A stretch of DNA of 64,000 bases, from positions 96,001-160,000 of the forward strand of contig CBDCCS010000010.1 in NCBI GenBank assembly GCA_965214935.1. The letters are read 5' to 3'. Source of the stretch: Candidatus Velthaea sp. (GTDB lineage: Bacteria; Vulcanimicrobiota; Vulcanimicrobiia; Vulcanimicrobiales; Vulcanimicrobiaceae). Below the pieces are notes generated by a model. It was not told the origin of the DNA. It saw nothing but the letters and a program-made list of their open reading frames with translations, and did no database searches. A program made the position numbers and the translations under genes. Positions 17,306 through 26,430 of this stretch are shown here, piece after piece (positions within the stretch are counted from its first letter, which is position 1; every line of letters starts with the position of its first letter).

Positions 17306-19011
17306 CGTGGCTTGCGCCGTCGCTCGTTGCGGTGCCGTTGGCGGTCGCGGCGATCCTCGTCGCCGTCCTCGACCGCATTCCACGACGCGTCGCAGAGGCG
17401 ATCAGCGTTGCTGTCGCGGCACTGGCGCTAGCCGGTTGCATCGTGCTGCTCAAGACGATCGGTGCGAGCGGGACGAACGTCGTCTGGTTCGGCGGCTGGC
17501 ATCCGGGCAACACCGTCGGGCTCGGCATTGCATTTGCCGTCGATCTTGGCGGTGCCGCGGTCGCGACGCTCGTTGCGACGATCGTTGTCGCAACGACAAT
17601 CTATTCGCGTCAGTATTTCGATGACGTCGGCACGATTTTTTACGTCTTGCTGCTGTCGATGCTCGGCGCGATGCTGGCGTTCGCATTCGCCGCCGACGCC
17701 TTCAATCTGTTTGTCTTTTACGAAGTCTTCAGCGTCGCGGCCTATGCCTTGGCCGCCTATCAAATCGAATTGAAAAGCGCCTACGAGGGCGCGCTGCAAT
17801 TCGCGATCACGAATACGGTGGCCGGACTCTTTATCTTGTTCGGCATCATCTTACTCGAAGGCCGCAGCGGCGAACTCAACCTTGCGGCGATCGGTCATTC
17901 GCTGCTCGGTCAGCATGCTCGCGACGCTTTGATCGCAACTTCGTTTGCGTTCGTGACGATCGGCTTATTCACGCGCGGTGCGCTGGCACCGCTGCATTTT
18001 TGGTTCGACGAAGTTCACGCGAGCGCACCGGCACCGCTGTGCGCCATCCTGAGCGGAGCAATGGCACCGCTCGCACTTTACGGCTTTGCACGTTTTTACT
18101 GGTCGGCCTATGCAGCGGTCATCGGGCCGTCGCCGCTGTTGCGCGCCGGTTTGTTCACGATCGGCGTTGTTTCGGCGCTGGTGGGATCGTACATGTGCTT
18201 GCGCGAGCGGCACCTCAAACGGGCGCTCGCGTACTCGACCGTTGCGCACGGCGGCATCGCGGTCTATGCATTTGCCTCGTTCAGCGCCGCCGCGCTGGGC
18301 GGTGCCGCCCTGTATATTGCGGGATATGCGCTCGGCGCAGCCGGGCTGTTCATGGCAATCGGCATCGTTCGCGCACGCACGGACAGCGTCGATTTGCGCC
18401 GGCTCGCCGGCTGCGGGCAAAGGCTGCCGCTCACAGCCGCCGTCTTCGCGCTTGGAACGGCCGATATCGCCGGCGTCTGGAGCATCGGCCGTGCCGTTGC
18501 GACGCCGCTGCTCGTCGTAGTCGCGGCGGCGACCGGCGGTGCTTTCGCGCGCGCGTTCTATACGATCTTCGTGGAGCGCCGGTCCGCGGCTGCCGAGCCG
18601 CGCGAAGTGCCGTGGTTTATGCTGGCGCCGGCGTTCATGTTGACGGTCCTGCCCCTTGCGCTTTCAATCTGACGCCCGACGGTGCGACTTGCAACGACCG
18701 CAGCGTTTCGGCTTGCCGATCGCGAGGGGTACGCAGCGGCGCTGTTCGGCGCCGGCGGTGTACGGGCCGGCGTGCACGTGCCGACGCCGCCGCAACCGCT
18801 CCTGCTCCTCGCTCCGCTGGGCGCATTGCTCGTTGCCTGGATTGCGCTCGCGCGCGTTCGCCCCTTGGCTCGTTTGCGGGTGGCATTGCAGCGCAACAAG
18901 ATGCTCGTTGCGATTGCTCGCGTGCACGACGGCAACTCCGGGCAATACGTCGCCTGGATCGTTGCAACAGCGACGCTTGCGGCAACGCTAACGACCGCGT
19001 CGCTGCGGTAG
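17302..19011 (+). pseudogene. MrpD/NuoN-like antiporter subunit interrupted by an in-frame TGA at 18670-18672
   Basis: DAFNLFVFYE, PLHFW, HLKRALAYSTVAH; ORF 18682-19011 is in the same frame (LALSI*RPTVRLATTAAFRLADREGYAAAL...HDGNSGQYVAW). Confidence 0.72.
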
Positions 19012-19028
19012 CCGCCGCGGAGCCGAAC

Positions 19029-19553
19029 TTACGCGTCGATTAGCGCGTCGAAATCAAACTCCAGTCCGTCCGGCGGCGTTCCCAATTCAACTACCTCGCG
19101 TGTATCCGGATCGACAGCGGCAGCGTAAGGACATCCGCGTTTACGCAGAAAATCGGCTTTTTCCAGCGGATCGGCGCAGTCATCGGAGTCGGATTTTATC
19201 TCGATCGTAACGTCGGGGCTGATCGGCCAATACTTTTCGGTCTTTCCAAGCAACCTCAATGCGGCAATGCGCTCGGCGCTCATCCACGACGCGTCGGGGG
19301 ACAACGTCTTCTTGCCGGGCCCGACAGTACATCCAGTGCTTGAATCGTAGGCTTTACCGCCAACACGTTTGGCGAACATATAGAGCTGGCCTAACGCCTC
19401 GGCGCTTTTTTCTCCGCCGCTTGTATGCGTCGGACTCATCGTAATCGAGCCATCTTCTTCTCGTTCAATGCGATAGCCCGGATTGTCGCGCGATAGCCGT
19501 GCTAACGCATCATCGCTATCTACGATCACCGGCGCAGCAAGCACAACGGGCAT
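19029..19553 (-). CDS. Uma2 (DUF820) family endonuclease-fold protein
   Basis: YRIER..G.ITMSPT, DSSTG, SPDASW, SPDVTIEIKS. Confidence 0.88.
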   Translation of the reverse strand: MPVVLAAPVIVDSDDALARLSRDNPGYRIEREEDGSITMSPTHTSGGEKSAEALGQLYMFAKRVGGKAYDSSTGCTVGPGKKTLSPDASWMSAERIAALRLLGKTEKYWPISPDVTIEIKSDSDDCADPLEKADFLRKRGCPYAAAVDPDTREVVELGTPPDGLEFDFDALIDA

Positions 19554-19637
19554 AGCAAGCTCCTTGATTCATGCTTCGTTTTAGCTTGTGCCGCGACGGC
19601 TGACCGGAATCCGCTACATTACGCGGCTGCCGTATGC

Positions 19638-19666
19638 GATGTGACCGATCGGGCTGCCCGCGTGTC
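19638..19666 (+). promoter_or_regulatory. Putative ECF-sigma promoter, copy 1 (autoregulatory)
   Basis: GATGTGACCGAT-N9-CGCGTGTC; identical flanks at 21537-21565. Confidence 0.6.
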
Positions 19667-19745
19667 ACGGAGATGAGGGCGCAAGGGCGAACATCCGGGA
19701 GCGAGCGGTTTTACCGCTGGTGCCCGTAAGAGGCGAAGTCACCGT

Positions 19746-20342
19746 TTGGACGACGTTGCCCTCGTATCCCGCGCCCGCAACGGCGATCTGGATGCAACGC
19801 AAGTACTACTCGAAAGGCACCAAAACGGCGCATATACCGCAGCGTTGCGTTTACTCGGGGAGCCGGCCGATGCGCAAGACGTGACGCAGGATGCACTCGT
19901 CCGTGCATACACGCGGCTCGACGACCTTGGCGACGGCGCAAGTTTCGCCGGCTGGTTGCGCAAGATTGCAATCAATCTTAGCCTCAACGTGCTGCGCCGT
20001 CGCGGAGCGCTGCACTTCGAGCCGCTCGAAGGGAATGCGACGCCGAATGCTTTCGCGCCGCAGCGCGACTTCGTCGACCCGCAGGCGCTCACGCCCGAAG
20101 AAGCCGTCATCGACTTTGCCCTGCACGACCGGATCGAGGAACTGCTGCGCCGCTTGCCGGTCGATCAGCGCGTCGCCGTCGTGCTACGCGACGTCTATGA
20201 TTACGATGTCTCCGAGGTTGCCGCGATGCAACGCTGCGGTCTTTCCGCAGCGAAAATGCGAATCACGCGCGGGCGCGCTCAGCTTAAACGGCTCGTGATC
20301 GAGGCGGGGATTCGCGGCGCGGAGGGTTCCCATGCGATCTGA
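19746..20342 (+). CDS. ECF RNA polymerase sigma factor
   Basis: DAQDVTQDALVRAY, FAGWLRKIAIN (region 2); LPVDQRVAVVLRD...EVAA...KMRITRGR (region 4). Confidence 0.92.
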   Translation: MDDVALVSRARNGDLDATQVLLERHQNGAYTAALRLLGEPADAQDVTQDALVRAYTRLDDLGDGASFAGWLRKIAINLSLNVLRRRGALHFEPLEGNATPNAFAPQRDFVDPQALTPEEAVIDFALHDRIEELLRRLPVDQRVAVVLRDVYDYDVSEVAAMQRCGLSAAKMRITRGRAQLKRLVIEAGIRGAEGSHAI

Positions 20343-20700
20343 CGATGCGGGCCATCTAGCGGACGATGAACTGGCCGGCGTCGTCGAACACGGCATTCGC
20401 GACGGCTCGCGTGCAAGCGCGCATCTGCAAACGTGCGATGCCTGCCGCCGCCGTCGCGCGGAACTCACGAACCTACGCGCGATGCTGCGCGGCACACGAA
20501 GTTACGAGCAAGCGCCGCGCTTCGACAGTGTCCCGGGTGCGCTCAAACGGTTACGGCTGCGCCGGCATGCCGTCACGAACCTGAACGAATTTTTTGATAG
20601 CGTCTATGCGCTGATGCGCGGATTCGCACAACTCTTAGCCGCCGGCGAACCGGGCGATCCGCGCACGCGGACTGCGAACGAGGATGATGCGCGTGGATGA
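20332..20700 (+). CDS. Zinc-binding (ZAS) anti-sigma factor, soluble
   Basis: H...HLQTCDAC motif; overlaps the sigma stop; no TM helix. Confidence 0.78.
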   Translation: MRSDDAGHLADDELAGVVEHGIRDGSRASAHLQTCDACRRRRAELTNLRAMLRGTRSYEQAPRFDSVPGALKRLRLRRHAVTNLNEFFDSVYALMRGFAQLLAAGEPGDPRTRTANEDDARG

Positions 20701-21523
20701 TGCGTTCGGATTTTTGCAGCGCGGGGTTGCGTGGGCTTATTTCCCGCACGTCGTTGCCGCGCTGATCATCCTCATACTCGGTGCGCTGATCGGCTGGCTG
20801 GCAGCGCGGATTGTTGCACGCAGCCTGGCGCGCGCCGGTTTCAATCGGCTCGGCTCGCAAACCGGACTTGACGACGATCTGGCCCGCGTCGGTATAACGC
20901 TGCCGCCGGCTCGCGTGGTCGGGCGAATCGTTTTATTCGTCATTCTCATTGCCTCGTTCGTGCAGGCGATCAATGGTTTGGAACTTGCGCCGATCTCGGC
21001 GTCGCTCAATGCGTTTCTGATTTATCTGCCGCACGTCGTGCTCGCGGCTATTTTGGTTTTGGTCGGGATCATCGTCGGCGACACGCTCGGCCGTGGCACC
21101 GCGAATGCAATGTCGCGCTCCGGCGTTCTGTATCACGACGTCGTGGGCGGCGTGTTACGGACATCGATCATCGTGCTGGCGGTGTTGATGGCGCTCGAGC
21201 AGCTGACGATTGCCTCCGCGTTTCTGTTCTACATGTTGCTCGTGCTCGTCGGCGGTTGTGCATTGACGTTGGCAATTGCCGGCGGCTGGGGAGCGCGCGC
21301 GTTTGCCGAGAATCTCATCGCCGCGCGGTATGTCGAGCGCCATTTAGCGCTCGGCGATCACGTGCGAGTCGAAGGGCAAATCGGTACGATCGAGCGCTTC
21401 GACGTGATGAGTACGATCTTACGCACCGACGACGGCCGGCGTATCATTTATCCGAACGGCTTGCTGGCCGCTTCCGTCGTCGAGGTCGGCGGTTCGTCGT
21501 TACCGCCGATCCCGAACGATTAA
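20684..21523 (+). CDS. Small-conductance mechanosensitive channel (MscS / TM-helix repeat type)
   Basis: Repeated P.VVAAL.IL..G helices; NLIA, LGDHVRVEGQIGTIE, IIYPNG. Confidence 0.82.
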   Translation: MMRVDDAFGFLQRGVAWAYFPHVVAALIILILGALIGWLAARIVARSLARAGFNRLGSQTGLDDDLARVGITLPPARVVGRIVLFVILIASFVQAINGLELAPISASLNAFLIYLPHVVLAAILVLVGIIVGDTLGRGTANAMSRSGVLYHDVVGGVLRTSIIVLAVLMALEQLTIASAFLFYMLLVLVGGCALTLAIAGGWGARAFAENLIAARYVERHLALGDHVRVEGQIGTIERFDVMSTILRTDDGRRIIYPNGLLAASVVEVGGSSLPPIPND

Positions 21524-21536
21524 TTTCTTACGCGCG

Positions 21537-21565
21537 GATGTGACCGATTGTTTGTCTCGCGTGTC
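21537..21565 (+). promoter_or_regulatory. Putative ECF-sigma promoter, copy 2
   Basis: GATGTGACCGAT-N9-CGCGTGTC, 14 nt after the mscS stop. Confidence 0.6.
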
Positions 21566-21752
21566 TTTACAATGCGATCTGCTCGATGCGGATCCGGCGC
21601 CGAAGCCGCGCAACGTAACGCACTTAGCGCCTGATAATCAATCGACTCTCGCGCGTCGCCGACACCTTCGGTGCGCGTTCCGGAGCTTTCGTGCTGCGCG
21701 CGGCGCACGCTGAATGCTACTTTACTTTTCATTCTTATCGAAAGGCTTATTT

Positions 21753-21911
21753 GTGGCTGGCATACTCTGGGCGATCATTACGGCGCTCTTCGTTTTCTGG
21801 GTTATCGGATTTGCGCTGCACTTCGGTGGCGGCTTGATCCACCTGCTGCTCGTCATTGCAGCGGTACTCTTCGTGTTCAATCTTCTCACCGGTCGCGGCG
21901 CTCGCGTTTAA
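21753..21911 (+). CDS. lmo0937/DUF5670 family small membrane protein
   Basis: LWAII...WVIGF....GGLIHLLLVIA...FNLLTGR; GTG 21753 after AAAGG. Confidence 0.85.
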   Translation: MAGILWAIITALFVFWVIGFALHFGGGLIHLLLVIAAVLFVFNLLTGRGARV

Positions 21912-21944
21912 CGCGTTCGGCGATGAAGTCGTAAGGATCTTACA

Positions 21945-22451
21945 ATGGCCGAACTTAAACACGACGGCACGAATCAGCCCGGTCGGGCGAGCGTTGCGGT
22001 ATTCTCATCACGCGCCGAAGCGCGCGAAGCGATCGCTGCATTGCACAAGGCGCACTTCACTCACACCTGGCTTGGTGTAACGAGCGTCGCGGCGACCACC
22101 GGCGGCGAGCAAACGATGACGGTTGAATCGCAGAGCGGCGGTTTCTTTTCCGATACGCAAAGCTTGGTCGATGCGTTCGTTTCACGCGGCGTTCTAGGCA
22201 CCACGGCGCGCGAGATCGAGGACCGGATTGCGCCCGGTGAGGCGCTCGTCATCGTCGACCCAAAGGACAAGGCGGTCGACGAAGCCGTTGCCATACTCGA
22301 AGAGCACGGCGGCCAACTCGGCGCTGGTGTGCGTCCGACCCGGACGTACGTGCAACCGGTAACCGGCATGTCGGCCGAAGCGTACGACGTGCGCGACGCC
22401 GATGAACTCGACGAAGAGATGTTTTACCGGCGCGGTTCCGCCGCACGCTAA
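21945..22451 (+). CDS. General stress protein-like (YflT/17M-like) hypothetical protein
   Basis: VAVFSSRAEAREAIAAL and G...AREIEDRI..GEALVIV...AVAILEEHGG pattern. Confidence 0.55.
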   Translation: MAELKHDGTNQPGRASVAVFSSRAEAREAIAALHKAHFTHTWLGVTSVAATTGGEQTMTVESQSGGFFSDTQSLVDAFVSRGVLGTTAREIEDRIAPGEALVIVDPKDKAVDEAVAILEEHGGQLGAGVRPTRTYVQPVTGMSAEAYDVRDADELDEEMFYRRGSAAR

Positions 22452-22580
22452 CCGGCGATCGACGTAACACGGGGAACGGCCGCGCTTACAACGCGGCTTT
22501 CCTGTTTGCCGGCGGCTTTTCCATCGGCTCGAGCTCGTGCGATGCGCGGTTTCACGCCGAACGCGGGTACGAACGGCGGT

Positions 22581-22928
22581 ATGGATGAGTTTTTTAGCCG
22601 CTTCGCACGTTCCGTTGAAACCGGCTTGTCACGACCGCTAAGCACGGTAATCGCTTTTGGGCTTATCGTCGTCTGGGCGATCACCGGGCCATTCGTTCAC
22701 TTTACCGACACGTGGCAGCTCGTGATCAACACCACGACGACCATCGTTACGTTCCTCATGGTGTTCATTCTCAATAATTCTCAGCACCGCGATACGGTCG
22801 CCATGAACGCGAAGCTCGACGAATTGCTCAAGCATATCGACGGATCGAATAAGCAGCTTGTCGGTGCCGAACAGCAGACGGATCGGGATGTCGAGCGCAC
22901 GGGGCAACGCGTTCGCGATCGGCAATAG
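22581..22928 (+). CDS. Low-affinity iron permease family small protein
   Basis: WAITGP, DTWQLVINT.TTIVTFLMVF, AKLDEL. Confidence 0.88.
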   Translation: MDEFFSRFARSVETGLSRPLSTVIAFGLIVVWAITGPFVHFTDTWQLVINTTTTIVTFLMVFILNNSQHRDTVAMNAKLDELLKHIDGSNKQLVGAEQQTDRDVERTGQRVRDRQ

Positions 22929-22934
22929 GGCCGT

Positions 22935-23678
22935 ATGGGCGCCAACACCATCGATTTGCAGGGACGTCGCGCGGTCGTTACCGGCGGTGCGTCCGGCATC
23001 GGCCGTGCAATTGTCATGCGGTTCGTTCGCAGCGGTGCCGCCGTCTCAATTTGGGATGCCGGCTCGAACGCTGCGAGCGTCGCGGACGAGTTAGGCGCGC
23101 ACGCGACAACCGTCGACGTACGCCGCTATGACAGCGTCGAAGCCGCGCGCGACGCAACGATTGCGGCACTCGGCGGTATCGACATCCTGATCAATAGCGC
23201 CGGAATCACCGGTCCGAATGCGACGGCTTGGGACTATCCGCTAGCTGCCTGGAGCGACGTTATCGACGTCAATCTCAGCGGAACGTACCACTGTTGCCGT
23301 GCAGCGATACCGCCGATGCTCGCAACTGGTTACGGGCGCATCGTAAACATCGCTTCGGTCGCGGGCAAAGAGGGCAATCCCAACGCTGCCGCCTACAGCG
23401 CGTCCAAGGCCGGCGTGATCGCGCTGACCAAATCATTGGGCAAAGAACTTGCCGATACCAACGTGCGCGTCAACTGTATCACGCCGGCCGCCATCGAGAC
23501 GCCGATGTTCGCTCAGATGAGCGAGGCGCACATCGCCTATATGCTTTCGCGCATTCCAATGGCACGCTTCGGACGCGTCGAGGAAATCGCGGCACTCGTT
23601 GCCTGGCTAAGCAGCGACGATTGTTCCTTTTCGACCGCTGCAGTCTTCGATATTTCCGGCGGCCGCTCGACCCACTAG
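22935..23678 (+). CDS. SDR family oxidoreductase (2-keto-3-deoxy-sugar-acid dehydrogenase-like)
   Basis: TGGASGIG, NSAGITG, YSASK, FSTAAVFDISGGR. Confidence 0.9.
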   Translation: MGANTIDLQGRRAVVTGGASGIGRAIVMRFVRSGAAVSIWDAGSNAASVADELGAHATTVDVRRYDSVEAARDATIAALGGIDILINSAGITGPNATAWDYPLAAWSDVIDVNLSGTYHCCRAAIPPMLATGYGRIVNIASVAGKEGNPNAAAYSASKAGVIALTKSLGKELADTNVRVNCITPAAIETPMFAQMSEAHIAYMLSRIPMARFGRVEEIAALVAWLSSDDCSFSTAAVFDISGGRSTH

Positions 23679-23895
23679 CTGGCTCGTTGCCGGCGAGCCG
23701 AACTGCCGCAACGCGCCGTACGTGAAATACTGCGCTTTGTGATAAACGTCGGAAGGGCAATGCAAGCGCGAGGAAAATGCGCCCGATACGCCGCTTCGCA
23801 TCCCACCTTGCAGGTATCCGCTTTATCGATGTGCCCGGCCAAACGAGTTGTGACGTGCCGCTAACGATTGCATCTGCGGACCCGGCTGGTTAAGC

Positions 23896-26430
23896 ATGTC
23901 GCCTAGCTCGATCGCCGAACGTGAAGCGACTGCCGACAGGGGGGCGTTCGGCCCGGTGTTGCGGCGCTTGCGCCTCGAGGCGCGTCTGTCGCAAGAAGAA
24001 CTCGCAGAGTGCGCCAATCTCAGCGTTGAGAGCATAAGTGCGCTCGAGCGCGGCCGGCGCCGTGCGCCGTATCGCGAGACCGTTCGGATGATCAGCGACG
24101 GTCTCGGCCTTTCCGAAACGCAACGCAGTGAATTGCAAGCCGCTGCGCAACGGCCGCGGCCGCCGAGCGAACAAACACCGGTGGCCGCCGAAGAACCGCA
24201 ACGCGCGCCTGGTGCGATGCACAATCTGCCGCTGCAGCGCACGAGCCTCATCGGCCGCGAGCCCGATATTAAAACCGTCGTGCGCCTGGTGCTTGCAAAC
24301 CGCCTCGTGACCCTCACGGGAACCGGCGGTATCGGAAAGACGCGGGCGGCTTTAGCGGCCGCCGACGAGCTGTCCGAGCATTATGCGGCCGGTGTGTGGC
24401 TGATCGAATTGGCGCCCATTTCGCCGGCGTCGCCCGCAGCTGCAGCGATCGCCCGTGCGCTTCACATCCACGAGCATCCGAACCGGCCGCTGTTGCAAAC
24501 GCTGCTTGCGCATATCAACGAGAAATCGTTGCTGCTCGTGCTCGATAACTGCGAACATGTCGTGGGCGACGTAGCGGTGCTCGCCGATGCGCTGTTGCAA
24601 GGCTGTCCGAATCTGCACATCCTTGCGACGAGCCGCGAATCGCTGCGCATTTCGGGCGAGCGGCTCTACCGGCTGCCGTCGTTGCGCGTGCCTGCCGCGC
24701 ACATCGCGCACGCCATCAGCGCCGCCGATGCAGCTCAATACGCGGCCGTTAAGTTATTCGTTGCGCGCGCACTGCGCAGCGATCATACCTACGTCCTCGA
24801 CGATCGTAATGCGCCGGTGGTCGCAGAGATTTGCCGCCGGCTCGATGGTATTCCGCTGGCTATCGAACTGGCGGCCGCCCGGGTAAACGTGTTGCCCCTC
24901 GACGTCCTGCTCGCGAAACTCGATCGGCGATTGACGATCCTGACCGGCGGAGACCGGACGGCGGTTCCCCGTCAGCAAACCATGCGCGCGCTCATCGATT
25001 GGAGCTACGATCTGCTCGCGCCGCCCGAACAGCGGCTCTTCGAGCGGCTCTCGATCTTCGCCGGCGGCTGTACGTTGTCACTGATGTCGAGCGTCGTTGC
25101 CGATGTATTGTCCGCCGACACGAGCGTCTTAGAGATCCTTTCCTCGCTAATCGATAAGTCGCTTGTGACGGCAGATCTCGACGTACCGGAATCACGCTAC
25201 CGGCTGCTCGAATCATCGCGTCAGTACGCCGCGGAAAAGCTTGCCCGACGGGGTGAATGGGCGCTCGTCGCGCACCGTCATGCAGCGGCTTACGTCGATC
25301 TTGCCGAACGAATGGAACGCGAGCACGACGTCGCACCGAGCGCACGCTGGTTCGCGCTGGCCGACCTCGAGAACGAAAACTGGCGTGCTGCTTTGCACTG
25401 GTCGCTCGTCGAGCGCGGCGACGTGGTTCTCGGACAGCGTTTAGCCGGCGCGATGCGGGCCGCGTGGCCGGCCTCGTCGATCACCGAACGCCGCCGCTGG
25501 CTGCTCACGGCGCGAGAATTAATCGACGAGCGCACACCGCCGATCGTTGCTGCCAACATCGGCCATTCAATTGCAACGGTTGCATATATGTTCGGTGAGT
25601 ATACGGCCGCGCTGGCCGATAGCCGGCATCTCGTGACGGTGTTCGGCGAACTCGGCGATGCGCTGGGCGTCGCTCGAGCGCAGTTCGTCATGGGACGTTC
25701 GTTAGCGAATCTCGGCCGGCTTGCGGAAGGCGAACCGCTGCTCGTGGCATCGCTCAACGCTGCACGTACGTTGAACAATACGCCGCTTGCAGGTCTCGCG
25801 CTTGCCGGACTTGCGCGCGCCAAGTGCGTTGCCGGTAATGTCGAAGCGGCACGTGAGTTTTTAGCCGAAGCGTTCGAGATTTATGATGCCAACGGCGCGG
25901 ACGCCTATTCGGCTCTGGTTCACAGCGCAGCCGCCGGTATCGAGTTTCGCGCGGGTAATTGCGAACAAGCTTTGGCAATGAGTTTGGTCGCGCTAGATGC
26001 GATGCGTTCGTTCAATCTAACGCTGTTCGTCACGATGGAACTTAACTTGCTTGCAGCGTATTACACGGCTAGCGACAAGTGGGCCGACGCGGCAGTGCGC
26101 GCGCGCGAAGCACTCCGCTCGGCGCTTGAAACGGAGCAAGTCGTTGAAGTCCTATGGGCGATTCAGCACCTCGCAGCGATCGCCGCTCTGACGACGGATA
26201 CGAACGGTGCACCGCAAGCGCAGCGTGCGGCGCGCTTGCTGGGCTATGTCGATGCGCGCATGGCTGCGCTCGAAGCGACGCGACAATTCAACGAACAACA
26301 CGAGTACGAACGCGTTACGAACGTCTTGCGCAACACACTCGGCGCTGCGCCGGCCGAACGATCGATGCAATCGGGCGCGAGCCTATCCGACGACGAGGCC
26401 ATCGAGGCCGCCCGAGCGTTCATGTTTTAG
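23896..26430 (+). CDS. XRE-HTH / STAND (NB-ARC-like) ATPase / TPR regulator
   Basis: LSQEELAE..SALERG HTH; GTGGIGKT; LLVLDNCEH; RLDGIPLAIELAAAR; helical C-terminus. Confidence 0.88.
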   Translation: MSPSSIAEREATADRGAFGPVLRRLRLEARLSQEELAECANLSVESISALERGRRRAPYRETVRMISDGLGLSETQRSELQAAAQRPRPPSEQTPVAAEEPQRAPGAMHNLPLQRTSLIGREPDIKTVVRLVLANRLVTLTGTGGIGKTRAALAAADELSEHYAAGVWLIELAPISPASPAAAAIARALHIHEHPNRPLLQTLLAHINEKSLLLVLDNCEHVVGDVAVLADALLQGCPNLHILATSRESLRISGERLYRLPSLRVPAAHIAHAISAADAAQYAAVKLFVARALRSDHTYVLDDRNAPVVAEICRRLDGIPLAIELAAARVNVLPLDVLLAKLDRRLTILTGGDRTAVPRQQTMRALIDWSYDLLAPPEQRLFERLSIFAGGCTLSLMSSVVADVLSADTSVLEILSSLIDKSLVTADLDVPESRYRLLESSRQYAAEKLARRGEWALVAHRHAAAYVDLAERMEREHDVAPSARWFALADLENENWRAALHWSLVERGDVVLGQRLAGAMRAAWPASSITERRRWLLTARELIDERTPPIVAANIGHSIATVAYMFGEYTAALADSRHLVTVFGELGDALGVARAQFVMGRSLANLGRLAEGEPLLVASLNAARTLNNTPLAGLALAGLARAKCVAGNVEAAREFLAEAFEIYDANGADAYSALVHSAAAGIEFRAGNCEQALAMSLVALDAMRSFNLTLFVTMELNLLAAYYTASDKWADAAVRAREALRSALETEQVVEVLWAIQHLAAIAALTTDTNGAPQAQRAARLLGYVDARMAALEATRQFNEQHEYERVTNVLRNTLGAAPAERSMQSGASLSDDEAIEAARAFMF

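Noticed and set aside
18670..18720. Selenocysteine recoding of the mrpD TGA
   Set aside because: No convincing SECIS hairpin; the context fits Trp at the end of a TM helix, not a redox Cys.
19029..19553. Uma2 gene as a mobile element or restriction system
   Set aside because: No terminal repeats, target duplication or methylase; Uma2 paralogues are commonly scattered singletons.
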